Shown: positions 1 through 10,158 of the stretch, piece by piece | Position numbering within the stretch: the stretch's first letter is position 1 | How the letters are laid out: each line of letters starts with the position of its first letter | NCBI GenBank assembly: GCA_036511185.1 | Contig: DATCCQ010000254.1 | Coordinates: 1-38,083, forward strand | Direction of reading: 5' to 3' | DNA length: 38,083 nucleotides | DNA from: Gaiellaceae bacterium | GTDB lineage: Bacteria; Actinomycetota; Thermoleophilia; Gaiellales; Gaiellaceae | Made by a program: the position numbers and the translations under genes | The notes under the pieces: generated by a model | Database searches by the model: none | The model's input: only the letters and a program-made list of their open reading frames with translations | What the model was told of the DNA's origin: nothing

Positions 1-500
1 CGCAGCGCCGCTACCGAGCGATCGGACTCGTCTCCCTCCACCACCAGCCAGCCGGAGCCCGCACGGGCGTTGCCACCAAGCTGCGCGATCTCGCCGCCGA
101 CGATGAAGGCCGGGTCGAGCCCGAGCCGGTCGAGGCAGAAGGCGATCATCCCGCTCGTCGTGGTCTTGCCGTGGGCGCCCGAGACGACAATCGACTTGCG
201 CAGCGAAACGAGCTCGGCCAGCAGCTCGGCGCGGGGCCGGCCTTCAATCCTCGCGACGAAGGCGGTCGAGACGTAGCGCTCGATCTCGGGGCCGGGAAGC
301 GTCGGCTCGGGCGCGATTTCGACCGGAATACCGGCCGCCCGCACGTTGACCAGGTAGGGCGTCTCGGCCTTGTCCCAGCCTGAAACTTCCGCTCCCCAGG
401 CCTTGGAGATGAGGGCGTAGGCGCTCATACCGGCGCCGCCGATCCCGGCCAGCCAGATCGTGCGCCCGGTAAGCGGAACCTTTTGCGCCGCCTTGCTCAT
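1..500 (-). CDS. murC: UDP-N-acetylmuramate--L-alanine ligase, N-terminal part (C-terminus lies outside the window)
   Basis: My own reverse-strand translation from ATG at 500..498 reads MSKAAQKVPLTGRTIWLAGIGGAGMSAYA...SGAHGKTTTSGMIAF...VVEGDESDRS. This shows a Mur-ligase Rossmann N-terminus and a GxxGKT P-loop. The start overlaps the murG stop as ATGA, and the position at the end of the dcw cluster fits murC. Confidence 0.85.
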   Translation of the reverse strand, partial: MSKAAQKVPLTGRTIWLAGIGGAGMSAYALISKAWGAEVSGWDKAETPYLVNVRAAGIPVEIAPEPTLPGPEIERYVSTAFVARIEGRPRAELLAELVSLRKSIVVSGAHGKTTTSGMIAFCLDRLGLDPAFIVGGEIAQLGGNARAGSGWLVVEGDESDRSVAAL

Positions 501-1588
501 AGCGCTCTACCCTTCTTGCGCTTGCCTGCCAGCTCGATCAACTCGTTAGCGATCTCCTCGGCGGCGTTCGGGCGGGCCAGGCGCAGCATCGCCGCGGACA
601 TCTTCTCCAAGCGAGCAGGGTCTTTCAGCAGATCCAGCAGCGTGGCCGGAACCCGTTCGAGCTCGCTCTCTGGCAGCGCGAGCGCCCCGCCGCCTTCTAC
701 GAAGTAGTTCGCGTTCTTGGCCTGGTGATCTGCGGTGGCATAGGGATAGGGCACGAGCAGCGCCGGCTTTCCTGCGGCGGCCAACTCCCAGACCGAGCCG
801 CCGGCGCGCGCCAGCGCCAGATCGCAAGCCGCCAGCGCTGTTCCAAACTCGTTCGTGAATCCCAGCATGACGTAGTCGGGCCGCTTCACGCGCTTCGCGA
901 GCGCCGGATAGTCGCGCTCTCCGGCCAGGTGCAAGATCGCCGGGCCACTCTCTGCGAAACGCTCGACCACGAGCTCGTTCAATGCCCGCGCGCCCTGACT
1001 GCCGCCCGCCACGAGCAATACGGGCCCTTGACGGGGCAGCCCGAAATGCTTGCGCGCCTGCGCCTGCTCGGGCGGATGCGAGCGCGCGGGAACCGGGCGT
1101 CCGGTGACGCGGTACTTGCTCTTCTCCTGTCCTTCGATCGGGAAAGCCAGGAATACGCGGCGCGCGAACGGCTCCGCCAGCCTGTTTGCCAGGCCGAGGT
1201 GTGCGTCTGCCTCACTCAGCGCCGCCGGAATCCGCTTCAACCAGGCGGCCAGAACCATCGGCCCGGCCACGTAGCCGCCGCCGCCGAAGACGACGTCAGG
1301 CTTACGCCGCCCAAGTATTCGCAGGCAGGAGAAGGGGGCGACCGAGGCCCGTGCGAGCCCGCGCGCCAACTTGAGCCCCGGTCGCCGCGAGAAGCCCGAG
1401 ATGCGGAAGGAGTCGAAGGCGTAGCCGGCTTGCGGCACCAGCTCGGCCTCCATGCGCTCGGACGAGCCGGCGAAGGTGACCTCTAGACCGCGTTTCTCGA
1501 GCGCCTCAGCGACGGCGAGCGCGGGCATGAGATGCCCGGCCGTTCCGCCGGCGGCGATCAGACACCTCAGGGGCCGCTGTTTTTCCAT
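497..1588 (-). CDS. murG: UDP-N-acetylglucosamine--N-acetylmuramyl-(pentapeptide) pyrophosphoryl-undecaprenol GlcNAc transferase
   Basis: The 363-aa ORF has the N-terminal IAAGGTAGHLMPALAVAEAL G-loop typical of MurG. It sits in dcw context between ftsW and murC. Confidence 0.93.
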   Translation of the reverse strand: MEKQRPLRCLIAAGGTAGHLMPALAVAEALEKRGLEVTFAGSSERMEAELVPQAGYAFDSFRISGFSRRPGLKLARGLARASVAPFSCLRILGRRKPDVVFGGGGYVAGPMVLAAWLKRIPAALSEADAHLGLANRLAEPFARRVFLAFPIEGQEKSKYRVTGRPVPARSHPPEQAQARKHFGLPRQGPVLLVAGGSQGARALNELVVERFAESGPAILHLAGERDYPALAKRVKRPDYVMLGFTNEFGTALAACDLALARAGGSVWELAAAGKPALLVPYPYATADHQAKNANYFVEGGGALALPESELERVPATLLDLLKDPARLEKMSAAMLRLARPNAAEEIANELIELAGKRKKGRAL

Positions 1589-2693
1589 GGTTCACCGCGA
1601 TGTTAAGGAGGATGCCCACCGCTATGAGGGAGACAACAAGGCTGGAGCCTCCGTAGGAGACAAAGGGGAGCGTGATCCCGGTTAGTGGAAGTAGCCCGAA
1701 AACGGCCGCCAGATTGATCGCAGCCTGGCCGCAAATGAGCGCGGTAAGAGCGGCTGCGACCGCCTTGCCGAACGGGTCGTGGCAGGCGATGGCAATTCGC
1801 AAGCCGGCCCAGACGAACACGGCGTAGAAGACGATCAGCAGAGCGATGCCGATCAGCCCGAGCTCTTCGCCGACCACCGAGGCAATCATGTCGGTATGCG
1901 CCTCCGGCAGGTAGTGAATCTTCTGCACACCCTGCCCCAGCCCGCGTCCAAAGACGCCGCCCGAGCCCAGCCCGATCAGCGATTGCATGCCCTGGTAGCC
2001 GCTTCCCTGCGCGCTCGCCAGCGGATGCAGGAAGGCGGTCAGGCGCGCGCGTTGATAGGGCTGCGACATTACGTAGAGCATTGCCAGCGTCCCCATCAGA
2101 GCGTAGGCGCGGGTAATCAGCCCGAGCGGCACTCCGGACACGGCAAGCGCCGCCGCGACCATCACCAGAATGCTCGTGACCGTACCGAGGTCGGGCTCGG
2201 CCGCGATCATACCGCAGGCAATCAAGACCATCAGGCCAACCGGTTTGGCCAGCTCGCCCAGAGTCCGCGGCCGCGGCCGGCGCACGAGTCGAGCAGGAAT
2301 CCAGAGTGCGAGAGCCAGCTTGACCAGCTCCGAGGGCTGCAGGCCGACCGGCCCGATCGAGATCCAGCGCCGCGCTCCGTTGACCTGGGAGCCGACGGCG
2401 AACACCGCCAGGCAGAGCGCAAGCGAGCCCATCAAGAGCGACGGCGCGAGCGGGCGCAGCTTGCGATAGTCAAAGTGCATGAAGGCGATCATCGCTCCCA
2501 GCCCAACGAAGGCATAGAAGGCCTGGCGCACCAGATAGGCGCTCGCGTTGCCACCTCCCAGCGTGGCCGTAGCCGAGGTGGAGCTGAAGACCATCACCAG
2601 ACCGAAGGCGACGAGCGCCAGAGTGGCCAGGGCCAGGAGCTGAAACTCGAGCTGCATCTTCGGCGCCCGCGCGCGAACCGGGCCGCTGTCCAT
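1506..2693 (-). CDS. ftsW: SEDS-family peptidoglycan glycosyltransferase / cell division protein FtsW
   Basis: Multi-TM protein with the SEDS motif YLPEAHTDMIASVVGEELGLIG, in dcw position. The maximal ORF runs to GTG 2870, but its first ~60 codons are Arg-rich and use rare codons (ATA, AGG). I therefore prefer ATG 2693; ATG 2657 (MQLEFQLL...) is also possible. The 3' end overlaps murG by 83 nt. Confidence 0.85.
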   Translation of the reverse strand: MDSGPVRARAPKMQLEFQLLALATLALVAFGLVMVFSSTSATATLGGGNASAYLVRQAFYAFVGLGAMIAFMHFDYRKLRPLAPSLLMGSLALCLAVFAVGSQVNGARRWISIGPVGLQPSELVKLALALWIPARLVRRPRPRTLGELAKPVGLMVLIACGMIAAEPDLGTVTSILVMVAAALAVSGVPLGLITRAYALMGTLAMLYVMSQPYQRARLTAFLHPLASAQGSGYQGMQSLIGLGSGGVFGRGLGQGVQKIHYLPEAHTDMIASVVGEELGLIGIALLIVFYAVFVWAGLRIAIACHDPFGKAVAAALTALICGQAAINLAAVFGLLPLTGITLPFVSYGGSSLVVSLIAVGILLNIAVNHGKTAAPEVSDRRRRNGRASHARARRR

Positions 2694-2934
2694 CGCCCGC
2701 GCCGGCACGGCCTTGAGCCGAACGGGTGCCTGCACCCGCCTGGTGGCGGGTCGCGCCGACCGCGCCGTCCCCTGCGCTCGACGCGAGGACGTCGCCGTAG
2801 AAGCGCGCCTTGTACGCCCCGGCGTGCTCCTATGTATAGCCCCCGTCTCCTCGAACCAACTTCCAGTCACGCTAGGACGGTTCGACCGCGCGAGCGCGCT
2901 TCCTACCCTCGGCGACTCAGATGAGGCCGAAAAA

Positions 2935-4197
2935 TCAGGCGCGAGAGCTCAAGGCCGCCACGTAAGAGCGGAATGCATCGCCGCGCTGCTCGAAGTTCTC
3001 GAACTGGTCGAAACTGGCGCAGGCGGGCGCGAGCAACACGATCTCGCCCGGCTTTGCCTTGTCCGTAGCCACTCTGACGGCCTGCTCGAGCGTCCCGCAT
3101 TGGTCATGGGCGACGCCGACCCGCCGCAGTGCGCCGGCTATCTCGTCGGCTGTCTCGCCGATCAGATAGGCGCGGGCCTCATGGGCGCTCAGCTCCTGGC
3201 CTAAACGGTCGTAGGACTCGGCCTTGCCGCGTCCGCCGAGGATGATGTGCAGCGGTTCGGGATAGGAGGCGATTGCTCGGCGCGCGGCGGCGGTGTTGGT
3301 GGCCTTGGAATCGTTCACGTAGCGAATTCCGTTGACCTCGGCGACGGGCTCTAAGCGGTGCGGAACGCCCGGGAAGCTGCGCAGCGCTGCGGCGATTGCC
3401 TCCTCGGCGATTCCGGCCGCCCGCGCCGCCTGAGTGGCCGCGGCGGCGTTCTCACGGTTGTGCTCACCCGGGATCAGCGGCTCGGCCGGGAGCGGATCGT
3501 GGGCGTCGAACTCGACCCGCCGGCCGCGCCCGGGCAACTTGCCAAACCCCCGCGGCAGCACGGCAACGTCATCCTCGAGCTGATTCTCGAAGATGCGCAA
3601 CTTGGCGTCGCGGTAGGCCTCTAGCGAGCCGTGGCGATCGAGATGATCGGGCTCGACGTTGAGCAGCACGGCAACGCGCGGCCGCAGGCGCTCGATGTCC
3701 TCGAGCTGGAAGCTGGAGAGCTCGCAGACGATCCAGGCCTCAGGATCGAGCTGGCCGTCGAGATCGCAGATCGCGCGCCCGACGTTACCGGCCACCTCTA
3801 CCTTGCGATCGGCTGCGCGGAAGATCGCTCCCAGAAGCTCGGTGGTGGTTGTTTTTCCGTTCGTGCCGGTTACGCCGAGGAGCGGATTCGAGAAGAGCCG
3901 CGAGGCTAGCTCAACCTCGCTCCAGACCGGGATCCTGCGCTTACGCGCCACTTGCACCAGGGGCGCCTCGAGCGACACGCCCGGGCTCTTCACGAGCAGT
4001 CCCGCGCCCTCCAGCAGCCGCTCGCTTTCGAGGCCGAGCCTCAGCTCGATGCCTGCCTTGATCAGCTCCCTCACGTCCAGCTCGGTCGAGCGATCGACCG
4101 CCACGACGGTTACGCCGCGCCGCGCCAAGGCCAGAGCCGCCGCCCGCCCCGACCGGGCCAGGCCCAGCACAAGCACGCGACTCGGCAGCTCGCTCAT
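2935..4197 (-). CDS. murD: UDP-N-acetylmuramoylalanine--D-glutamate ligase
   Basis: 420 aa with an N-terminal VLVLGLARSGRAAA dinucleotide-like fold and a Mur-ligase P-loop GVTGTNGKTTTTELL. It lies between mraY and ftsW. Confidence 0.93.
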   Translation of the reverse strand: MSELPSRVLVLGLARSGRAAALALARRGVTVVAVDRSTELDVRELIKAGIELRLGLESERLLEGAGLLVKSPGVSLEAPLVQVARKRRIPVWSEVELASRLFSNPLLGVTGTNGKTTTTELLGAIFRAADRKVEVAGNVGRAICDLDGQLDPEAWIVCELSSFQLEDIERLRPRVAVLLNVEPDHLDRHGSLEAYRDAKLRIFENQLEDDVAVLPRGFGKLPGRGRRVEFDAHDPLPAEPLIPGEHNRENAAAATQAARAAGIAEEAIAAALRSFPGVPHRLEPVAEVNGIRYVNDSKATNTAAARRAIASYPEPLHIILGGRGKAESYDRLGQELSAHEARAYLIGETADEIAGALRRVGVAHDQCGTLEQAVRVATDKAKPGEIVLLAPACASFDQFENFEQRGDAFRSYVAALSSRA

Positions 4198-5282
4198 TTG
4201 GGCAGTGGGCGGAGGAAGTTGAAGCCGGTGAAGTTGCGGTAGTAGAGCGCGAAGGCAAGTGCGCAGAGGATTCCGCAGAGGATCCAGAAGCGCACCATGA
4301 TCTTCGTTTCCGACCAGGCCTTCATCTCGAAGTGGTGGTGGATCGGCGCCATCAAGAAAACGCGGCGCTTGAAGAAGCGAAAGCTGAACACCTGGATCAT
4401 TACCGAGAGCGCCTCAATCAGGAAGATCCCGGCGATCAAAAGCAGCAGGAGCTCAGTCTTGGTCATGATGGCGAAGCCGGCCAGTGCGCCGCCGATACCC
4501 ATCGAGCCGGTGTCTCCCATGAACACGTCTGCCGGGAAGGTGTTGTACCAGAGGAAGCCGATCAACCCTCCGATCAGCGCCGCCGCCAGAATCGCCAGAT
4601 CGACGAGCCTGGGCTCGCGCAAGCCGGGGTTCGGCGAGGAACGCACGTAGGCGACGACAGCGATCGAAAGGAAGGTGAAGGTGGCAATCATGCCGGTGCC
4701 CGCCGCCAGGCCGTCGAGACCGTCGGTCAGATTGACGCCGTTGGCCGCGCCGGCGATGACGAAGAAGAGCAGCACGTACCAGACCACGCCGAGATGCAGA
4801 CGCGAGTTGGTGAAGGGAACGGCGATCCAGGTCGGCTGGCCGGCGCGGTGCGCAAGGTAGCCGGCGCCGACGGTGATCAAGACGAGCAGCAGCATTTTCC
4901 ATCGTCCGGCCAGCCCAAGCGAGCGTCGGTGGCGCACCTTCATCAGGTCGTCGAAAAATCCGATACCGGCGCAGGCAAGCATGATGAAGAGCACGGTCAG
5001 CGCCTGGATCGTGTACTCGCTCAGGATGAGGAAGGCAATGACCGCTGCCGCCAGGAAGAGCACGCCACCCATCACCGGTGTTCCCTGCTTGACCACATGC
5101 CCTGCCGGCCCTTCCTCGCGAATGTGTTGGCCGACATCGTGATTACGCAGGAAGTCGATGAAGCGCGGCCCAGCGAAGATCGAGATTCCGAGCGCCAGGA
5201 TGCTGGCCACGATCACCCGCACCATCGGGCTCGGAAGCGTCAGGCCCGCCAGCGCGAGATTGCTGGTGAGGGCGGCGCTCAC
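4194..5282 (-). CDS. mraY: phospho-N-acetylmuramoyl-pentapeptide transferase
   Basis: 362-aa polytopic membrane protein with the MraY motifs NGVNLTDGLDGLA and FMGDTGS. It has 4-nt overlaps with murD and murF. Confidence 0.95.
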   Translation of the reverse strand: MSAALTSNLALAGLTLPSPMVRVIVASILALGISIFAGPRFIDFLRNHDVGQHIREEGPAGHVVKQGTPVMGGVLFLAAAVIAFLILSEYTIQALTVLFIMLACAGIGFFDDLMKVRHRRSLGLAGRWKMLLLVLITVGAGYLAHRAGQPTWIAVPFTNSRLHLGVVWYVLLFFVIAGAANGVNLTDGLDGLAAGTGMIATFTFLSIAVVAYVRSSPNPGLREPRLVDLAILAAALIGGLIGFLWYNTFPADVFMGDTGSMGIGGALAGFAIMTKTELLLLLIAGIFLIEALSVMIQVFSFRFFKRRVFLMAPIHHHFEMKAWSETKIMVRFWILCGILCALAFALYYRNFTGFNFLRPLPK

Positions 5283-6589
5283 GCTGCGAAGGCCTCCTCG
5301 AGCGCCTTGGCAACCAGCTCCAGGCCGACGACGCGCGAGCCCTTGACGAGCACGCAGTCGCTGGGCCTGATTATCTCCAGCGCCAGCTGAGCGGCCTTCT
5401 CAGCGTCCGGCGCCCACTCGCGCTCAGGCACGCCGTCGGCCAGATCCAGATAGGCGCGGGCACCCTCCCCGACCGCCAGCACGGCGGCGACGCCGAGCTC
5501 CGAGGCCTGCTTGCCGATCTCGCGGTGGTAGCGCTCGCTCTCGGCGCCGAGCTCGGCCATCGTCCCGAGCACGGCCACCCGTCTGCGGCCGGCGGCAAGC
5601 TGAGCTTGATGCTCGAGCGCCGCGGCGAGCGAGGTCGGGTTGGCGTTGTAGGAGTCGTTGATCAGAAGTCCTCCAGCGGGCAGCGCAGTCTCTTCGCCGC
5701 GCCAGCGAGAGAGCCTAATCGTCCGCGCACCTTCCCGCGCACCTTCCAGTGGCAGACCCAGCGCATGGTAGGCGACGAGCGCGGCGAGCGCGTTCTCAGC
5801 CTGATGACGGGCGTTCAGAGCGAGTTCCAACTCGACCCGCTCACCCTCGATCTCGAAGACGGCGCGGGAGAGCTCCCCTACGGGCTCGAAAGAGACCAGC
5901 GACGAGGATCCTCCGGGGCCGAAGCGGCGCAGGTCGAGGCCCGCAGGAATGAAGGGCTCGAGCAGCGGCTCGCCGGCCGGCACGATCCCCACGCCACCGG
6001 GCTCCAGGCAACGCAGCAGCTCGGCCTTGGCCTGTGCGACTTTCTCAACCGTGCCGAGTAGCTCCAGATGCACCGGCCCGATGCTCGTGATCAGGCCGAT
6101 GTGCGGCCGAACGAAGCCGCAGGCCAGCTCGATCTGGCCGAGGCCGCGCATGCCGATCTCGACCACCAACAGCTCGCTGTCGGCTTCAAGGCGGCAGACA
6201 GTGAGCGGAATGCCGAGCTCGTTGTTGAAGCTCGCCTCCGCCGCCACGGTTTTCAGATGCGGCGCGCAGAGCGAAGCCAGAATGTCCTTGGTCGAGGTCT
6301 TGCCGGTCGAGCCGGTTATCGCAACAACGCGGGCATCGGAGCGAGCGCGAACCTCCCCGGCGAGCGCCGCCAGCGCAGCTTCCGCATCGCTCGGGACGAG
6401 CACCGCGGCCGCCCCCCGCTTCAGCGCCTCGGGCGCGAACTCCGCGCCGCTACTCACGGCCACGAAGAGGTCGCCCGCCTGAACGCGCCGCGAGTCGATG
6501 ACAACGCCCGTAATCTCAACGGCGCCCTCCGCCTTCGTCAGCTCTCCTTCGCAGAGCCGCGCGACTTGATCGATCGAAAGCGGAATCAT
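5279..6589 (-). CDS. murF: UDP-N-acetylmuramoyl-tripeptide--D-alanyl-D-alanine ligase
   Basis: 436 aa with the P-loop ITGSTGKTSTKD and Mur-ligase middle and C-terminal domains. It lies between murE and mraY. Confidence 0.92.
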   Translation of the reverse strand: MIPLSIDQVARLCEGELTKAEGAVEITGVVIDSRRVQAGDLFVAVSSGAEFAPEALKRGAAAVLVPSDAEAALAALAGEVRARSDARVVAITGSTGKTSTKDILASLCAPHLKTVAAEASFNNELGIPLTVCRLEADSELLVVEIGMRGLGQIELACGFVRPHIGLITSIGPVHLELLGTVEKVAQAKAELLRCLEPGGVGIVPAGEPLLEPFIPAGLDLRRFGPGGSSSLVSFEPVGELSRAVFEIEGERVELELALNARHQAENALAALVAYHALGLPLEGAREGARTIRLSRWRGEETALPAGGLLINDSYNANPTSLAAALEHQAQLAAGRRRVAVLGTMAELGAESERYHREIGKQASELGVAAVLAVGEGARAYLDLADGVPEREWAPDAEKAAQLALEIIRPSDCVLVKGSRVVGLELVAKALEEAFAA

Positions 6590-8037
6590 CTTCCCGCCCC
6601 GAGCTCTACGAGCAACTCCGCGGCGACCACGCGGTCGTCGAAGGGAAGCACTCGGCCGCCGATCTCCTGACCCTGCTCGTGCCCTTTGCCGGCGATGACC
6701 ACCACGTCGCCCTCGCGCGCCTGCGCAAGGGCCTGCTCGATAGCCGCTCTACGGTCGAGCTCGACCTCGACCTTCTTGTCCTCGACGCCTACGAGTATCT
6801 CGTCGATGATCGCTTGCGGCTCCTCGCTGCGAGGATTGTCTGAGGTGACGATGGCGACGTCGCTCAATTCCGCAGCGATCTCGCCCATCAGCGGCCTCTT
6901 CTCGCGATCGCGATCGCCGCCGCAGCCAAAGACGCAAATCAGCTTTCCGCGAGTCAGCTCTCGCGCCGCGGTGAGCAACCCGGCAAGCGCATCGGGAGTG
7001 TGCGCGTAGTCGACGACGACGGCGAAGGGCTGGTCGTGCTCGACCGCCTCGAAGCGGCCCGGGACTCCCTTCAGCGCCGCAACCCCGGCCGCGATCTGCG
7101 CGTCCTCGACGCCGAGCAGGCGAGCCAGCGCCGTCGCGGTGAGCAGGTTTTCGGCGTTGAAGGCGCCGCGCAGCGGACTGCGCAGCTCGAGCTCGCCGAG
7201 GCTGATCCGCGTGCCCTCGGCGCCCAGCTCGATCTCTTCCGGGCTCAGGTCGGCATCGGGCGCGCGCCCGAAGGTGAGCACGTGTTCGTGACCAATGGCG
7301 CGCAGATCGGTGGCCAAACGGCGACCGTAGGCGTCGTCGATATTGATCGCGGCCGGAGTCTCGTCGCCCTCGAGGAAGAGCCGCCGCTTGGCGGCGAAGT
7401 ACTTTTCCATCGTTTCGTGAAAGTCGAGGTGATCCTGGCTCAGATTGGTGAAGGCGAGGGCAGAAAAGTGGGCTCTGTCGAGCCTGTGTAGCTCGATCGC
7501 GTGCGACGAGGCTTCAATGACGCAGCTGCGATCGCCGGCGTCGAGCATCTCGCGGAATAGTCGCTGCAAATCAATCGCTTCTGGGGTCGTTCGCGCCATT
7601 TTCCTGGGCTTTCCGCCGACACGGCTCTCGACCGTTCCCACCAGCCCCGGGCGCCGCCCGGCCGCGGCCAGGATCTCGTAGACGAGAAAGCAGGTCGTCG
7701 TCTTACCGTTGGTCCCCGTGACTCCGGCCAGCTGAAGCTCGCGCGTGGGCTCTCCGAAGAAGGCGTCAGCGGCCTTCGCCATCGCCACGCGCGACGAGGC
7801 GACTACCAACTGCGGTACCTCCAACTCCAGCGGACGCTCCACGACCAAGGCAACGGCTCCGCGCTGAACGGCTTCGACGGCGAAATCGTGGCCGTCGGCA
7901 TGCATACCGGGGACGCAGAAAAAGAGTGAGCCCTGCTCGACTCTGCGCACGTCGTAGGCCAGATCGCGCAACTCAACGGGAGAGCGCCGGATTATCTCGC
8001 GGGGCTCGAGCGCCGCGCTCAAACGCTCCAGATCCAT
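6586..8037 (-). CDS. murE: UDP-N-acetylmuramoyl-L-alanyl-D-glutamate--2,6-diaminopimelate ligase
   Basis: 483 aa with the P-loop GVTGTNGKTTT and a C-terminal TSDNPRSEEP (DNPR) motif typical of meso-DAP-adding MurE. dcw context. Confidence 0.92.
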   Translation of the reverse strand: MDLERLSAALEPREIIRRSPVELRDLAYDVRRVEQGSLFFCVPGMHADGHDFAVEAVQRGAVALVVERPLELEVPQLVVASSRVAMAKAADAFFGEPTRELQLAGVTGTNGKTTTCFLVYEILAAAGRRPGLVGTVESRVGGKPRKMARTTPEAIDLQRLFREMLDAGDRSCVIEASSHAIELHRLDRAHFSALAFTNLSQDHLDFHETMEKYFAAKRRLFLEGDETPAAINIDDAYGRRLATDLRAIGHEHVLTFGRAPDADLSPEEIELGAEGTRISLGELELRSPLRGAFNAENLLTATALARLLGVEDAQIAAGVAALKGVPGRFEAVEHDQPFAVVVDYAHTPDALAGLLTAARELTRGKLICVFGCGGDRDREKRPLMGEIAAELSDVAIVTSDNPRSEEPQAIIDEILVGVEDKKVEVELDRRAAIEQALAQAREGDVVVIAGKGHEQGQEIGGRVLPFDDRVVAAELLVELGAGR

Positions 8038-8089
8038 CGCCGGGCGAGTTTACCAACGTGCCCCGACCGCAAGGTCCGTCGCTCGCTGC

Positions 8090-9775
8090 TCAACTCGGTC
8101 GATCGGGCGGAACTTCCAGGTAGCGCAGGCAGTCGAGCGCGATCTGCTTGAAGGCCGGCGCCGCGACGCTGCCTCCCCAGATCGCGCCCTTCGGCTCGTC
8201 GACGGTGACCAGGATTACGAGTCGCGGATCGGAGGCCGGAACGATGCCGACGAAAGAGGCCACGTACTTGTAGGTCGAATAGCCGCCGCTCACGGGATCG
8301 GGCTTGGCCGCCGTGCCAGTCTTACCGGCAACGGAGTAGTTCGGAATCTCCGCCTCGACTCCAGTGCCCTCGTCAACGACGCTGCCGAGCATGCTCATCA
8401 GCTGCTCCGCCACCACCGGCGTCACAACCCGCCGCCGTTTCGCCGCCGAAGCCGCTTTGCCACCGACACGCGCCACCAGATGCGGCTGTATCCAAACGCC
8501 TTCGTTCGCGATCGCCGCGTAGGCGGCGGCCAGCTGTATCGGCGTAACGGCGATTCCCTGCCCGATCGGGATCGTGCCGGTAGCCGATCCGTACCATTTA
8601 TCCTGCGGCAACACGATGCCCTGGCTTTCGCCCGGGAAATCGACGCCCGTCTTTTCGCCAAAACCGAAGCGCTTGATCCAGCGGGCGAGCCGCTCGGTGC
8701 CGAGCAACTGCGTGGAGATGGTGGCGACGCCCACGTTCGAGGAAACGGTCAGGATCTTGGAGACCGTCATTAGCTCGGTAGCACGCGGGTGCGAGTCGTG
8801 GATGATCTTGTCGGCGACTTTGATCGAGTAGGGCAGCGTGAAGGCGGTTTGTGGTGTGACCAGGCCCTCAGACAGCGCTCCCGCGATCGTCACGAGCTTG
8901 AAGGTCGAGCCTGGCTCGTAGGTGTCGGTAACAGTCCTGTTTCGCTGAAGATCCTGTGCAGTCTCTCCGACCTTATTGGCGTCATAGGTAGGCGCGGTCG
9001 CCATCGCCAGCACCTCGCCCGTGTGCGGATCCAGTACCACCGCCGACGCCGAACGAGCCCGCCAGGTCTTGAGGGCTCGGGCTAGCTCCTGCTGTACGTA
9101 GAGCTGAATCGCGTTGTCGATCGTCAGAGCGAGATTGGCGCCGGGCCTATCGACGGTGGTGCTCTTCACGTCGATCAGACGCTGGGCAGGATCTCGAACC
9201 ACTGTCTGCTTGCCGTCGCGCCCGACCAGGGATTTGTCGTACTGCTTCTCGAGACCGGCCAGACCGCGATTGTCAAGGCCCGCGAAGCCGATCGTCTGAG
9301 CGGCCAGCACACCTTGCGGGTAAATCCGCTTGGGCTCGACGGTGTAACCAAAACCCGCGAGCTTCAACCGCTTCACCCTGTTGGCCTGGGCGAGCGACGC
9401 TTTCCTGGCTACGTACACGAAGCGGCTCTTTCGGTCGGCAAGCTTTCCTAGTAGCTCCGTCCCGGCTTGCACGTCGAGGCCGAGCGCCTCAACCACGCGC
9501 TGTGTCGTCGCCGCCGGAGAGCGCACAAGCTTGGGATCGGCATAGATCGTGACGGAGTCTTCGTTAGCTGCCAGCTCGACGTTGTTGCGATCGACAATCG
9601 CGCCGCGGGGCGCCGGGATCGTGAGCGTCTGTGTCTGCTGGGCGTCGGCAAGCCTGGCCAGCGAGCTTGCTCGAACGACCTGGATCCAGCCTGCCCGAGC
9701 GAGCGCACAGGCGAGAGCGATTGCCAGTGCCGCTCCGAGCAGCCTGATTCGTCGGTTCGCCGCCCGCTGGCTCAC
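8090..9775 (-). CDS. ftsI: class B penicillin-binding protein (division transpeptidase, FtsI/PbpB-like)
   Basis: 561 aa with an N-terminal TM anchor plus SxxK (GSTFKLV), SxN (VSSNVG) and KTG (AGKTGTA) motifs. It lies between ftsL and murE. Confidence 0.92.
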   Translation of the reverse strand: MSQRAANRRIRLLGAALAIALACALARAGWIQVVRASSLARLADAQQTQTLTIPAPRGAIVDRNNVELAANEDSVTIYADPKLVRSPAATTQRVVEALGLDVQAGTELLGKLADRKSRFVYVARKASLAQANRVKRLKLAGFGYTVEPKRIYPQGVLAAQTIGFAGLDNRGLAGLEKQYDKSLVGRDGKQTVVRDPAQRLIDVKSTTVDRPGANLALTIDNAIQLYVQQELARALKTWRARSASAVVLDPHTGEVLAMATAPTYDANKVGETAQDLQRNRTVTDTYEPGSTFKLVTIAGALSEGLVTPQTAFTLPYSIKVADKIIHDSHPRATELMTVSKILTVSSNVGVATISTQLLGTERLARWIKRFGFGEKTGVDFPGESQGIVLPQDKWYGSATGTIPIGQGIAVTPIQLAAAYAAIANEGVWIQPHLVARVGGKAASAAKRRRVVTPVVAEQLMSMLGSVVDEGTGVEAEIPNYSVAGKTGTAAKPDPVSGGYSTYKYVASFVGIVPASDPRLVILVTVDEPKGAIWGGSVAAPAFKQIALDCLRYLEVPPDRPS

Positions 9776-10158
9776 TTCCCGCCCGCGCTGAGCTGGATGT
9801 AAATCGTCTGGTCAGAGCCGGCCTGGACCAGCCCTAGCTTCTTACTAGCAATACGCTCGATGTGGGACGGCGAGGAGGTTCGAGAGAGACGAGAGCGGAG
9901 CACAAGATTCTGATCGCGTAGCTGCGCCCCCTCGTTGGCGTAGCTTTCGAGCTGCATGTTCTGGCGCAGTACCGCGACATTGACGGCGACCACGCCGGTC
10001 AGAAGCATTGCCAGGGCGATGATCCAGACGATCCCGCCGCGCACGCTGCGCTGAACGGCCTCCTGCTTCCTTTGTCGAGGCGCCGTTCGTGCCGGTTGAG
10101 AACGTGGCGCCGGTCTGGCTGCCGGCCGAGTAGCAACTCGTGCGGTCGCCGGGCTCAC
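9772..10158 (-). CDS. ftsL: cell division protein FtsL-like (septum formation initiator)
   Basis: 128 aa with an Arg/Pro-rich cytoplasmic tail, a single TM (IVWIIALAMLLTGVVAVNVAVL), then a short coiled coil. It sits at the canonical position between rsmH and ftsI. Confidence 0.8.
   Translation of the reverse strand: MSPATARVATRPAARPAPRSQPARTAPRQRKQEAVQRSVRGGIVWIIALAMLLTGVVAVNVAVLRQNMQLESYANEGAQLRDQNLVLRSRLSRTSSPSHIERIASKKLGLVQAGSDQTIYIQLSAGGK

Noticed and set aside
1779-2924. 381-aa plus-strand ORF antisense to ftsW. The 253-aa ORF at 725..1486 and the 352-aa ORF at 4332..5390 are similar.
   Set aside because: These are typical high-GC shadow ORFs. They are Arg/Gly/Pro/His-rich with low-complexity translations and no recognisable motifs. 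Each lies entirely opposite a gene with unambiguous family motifs.
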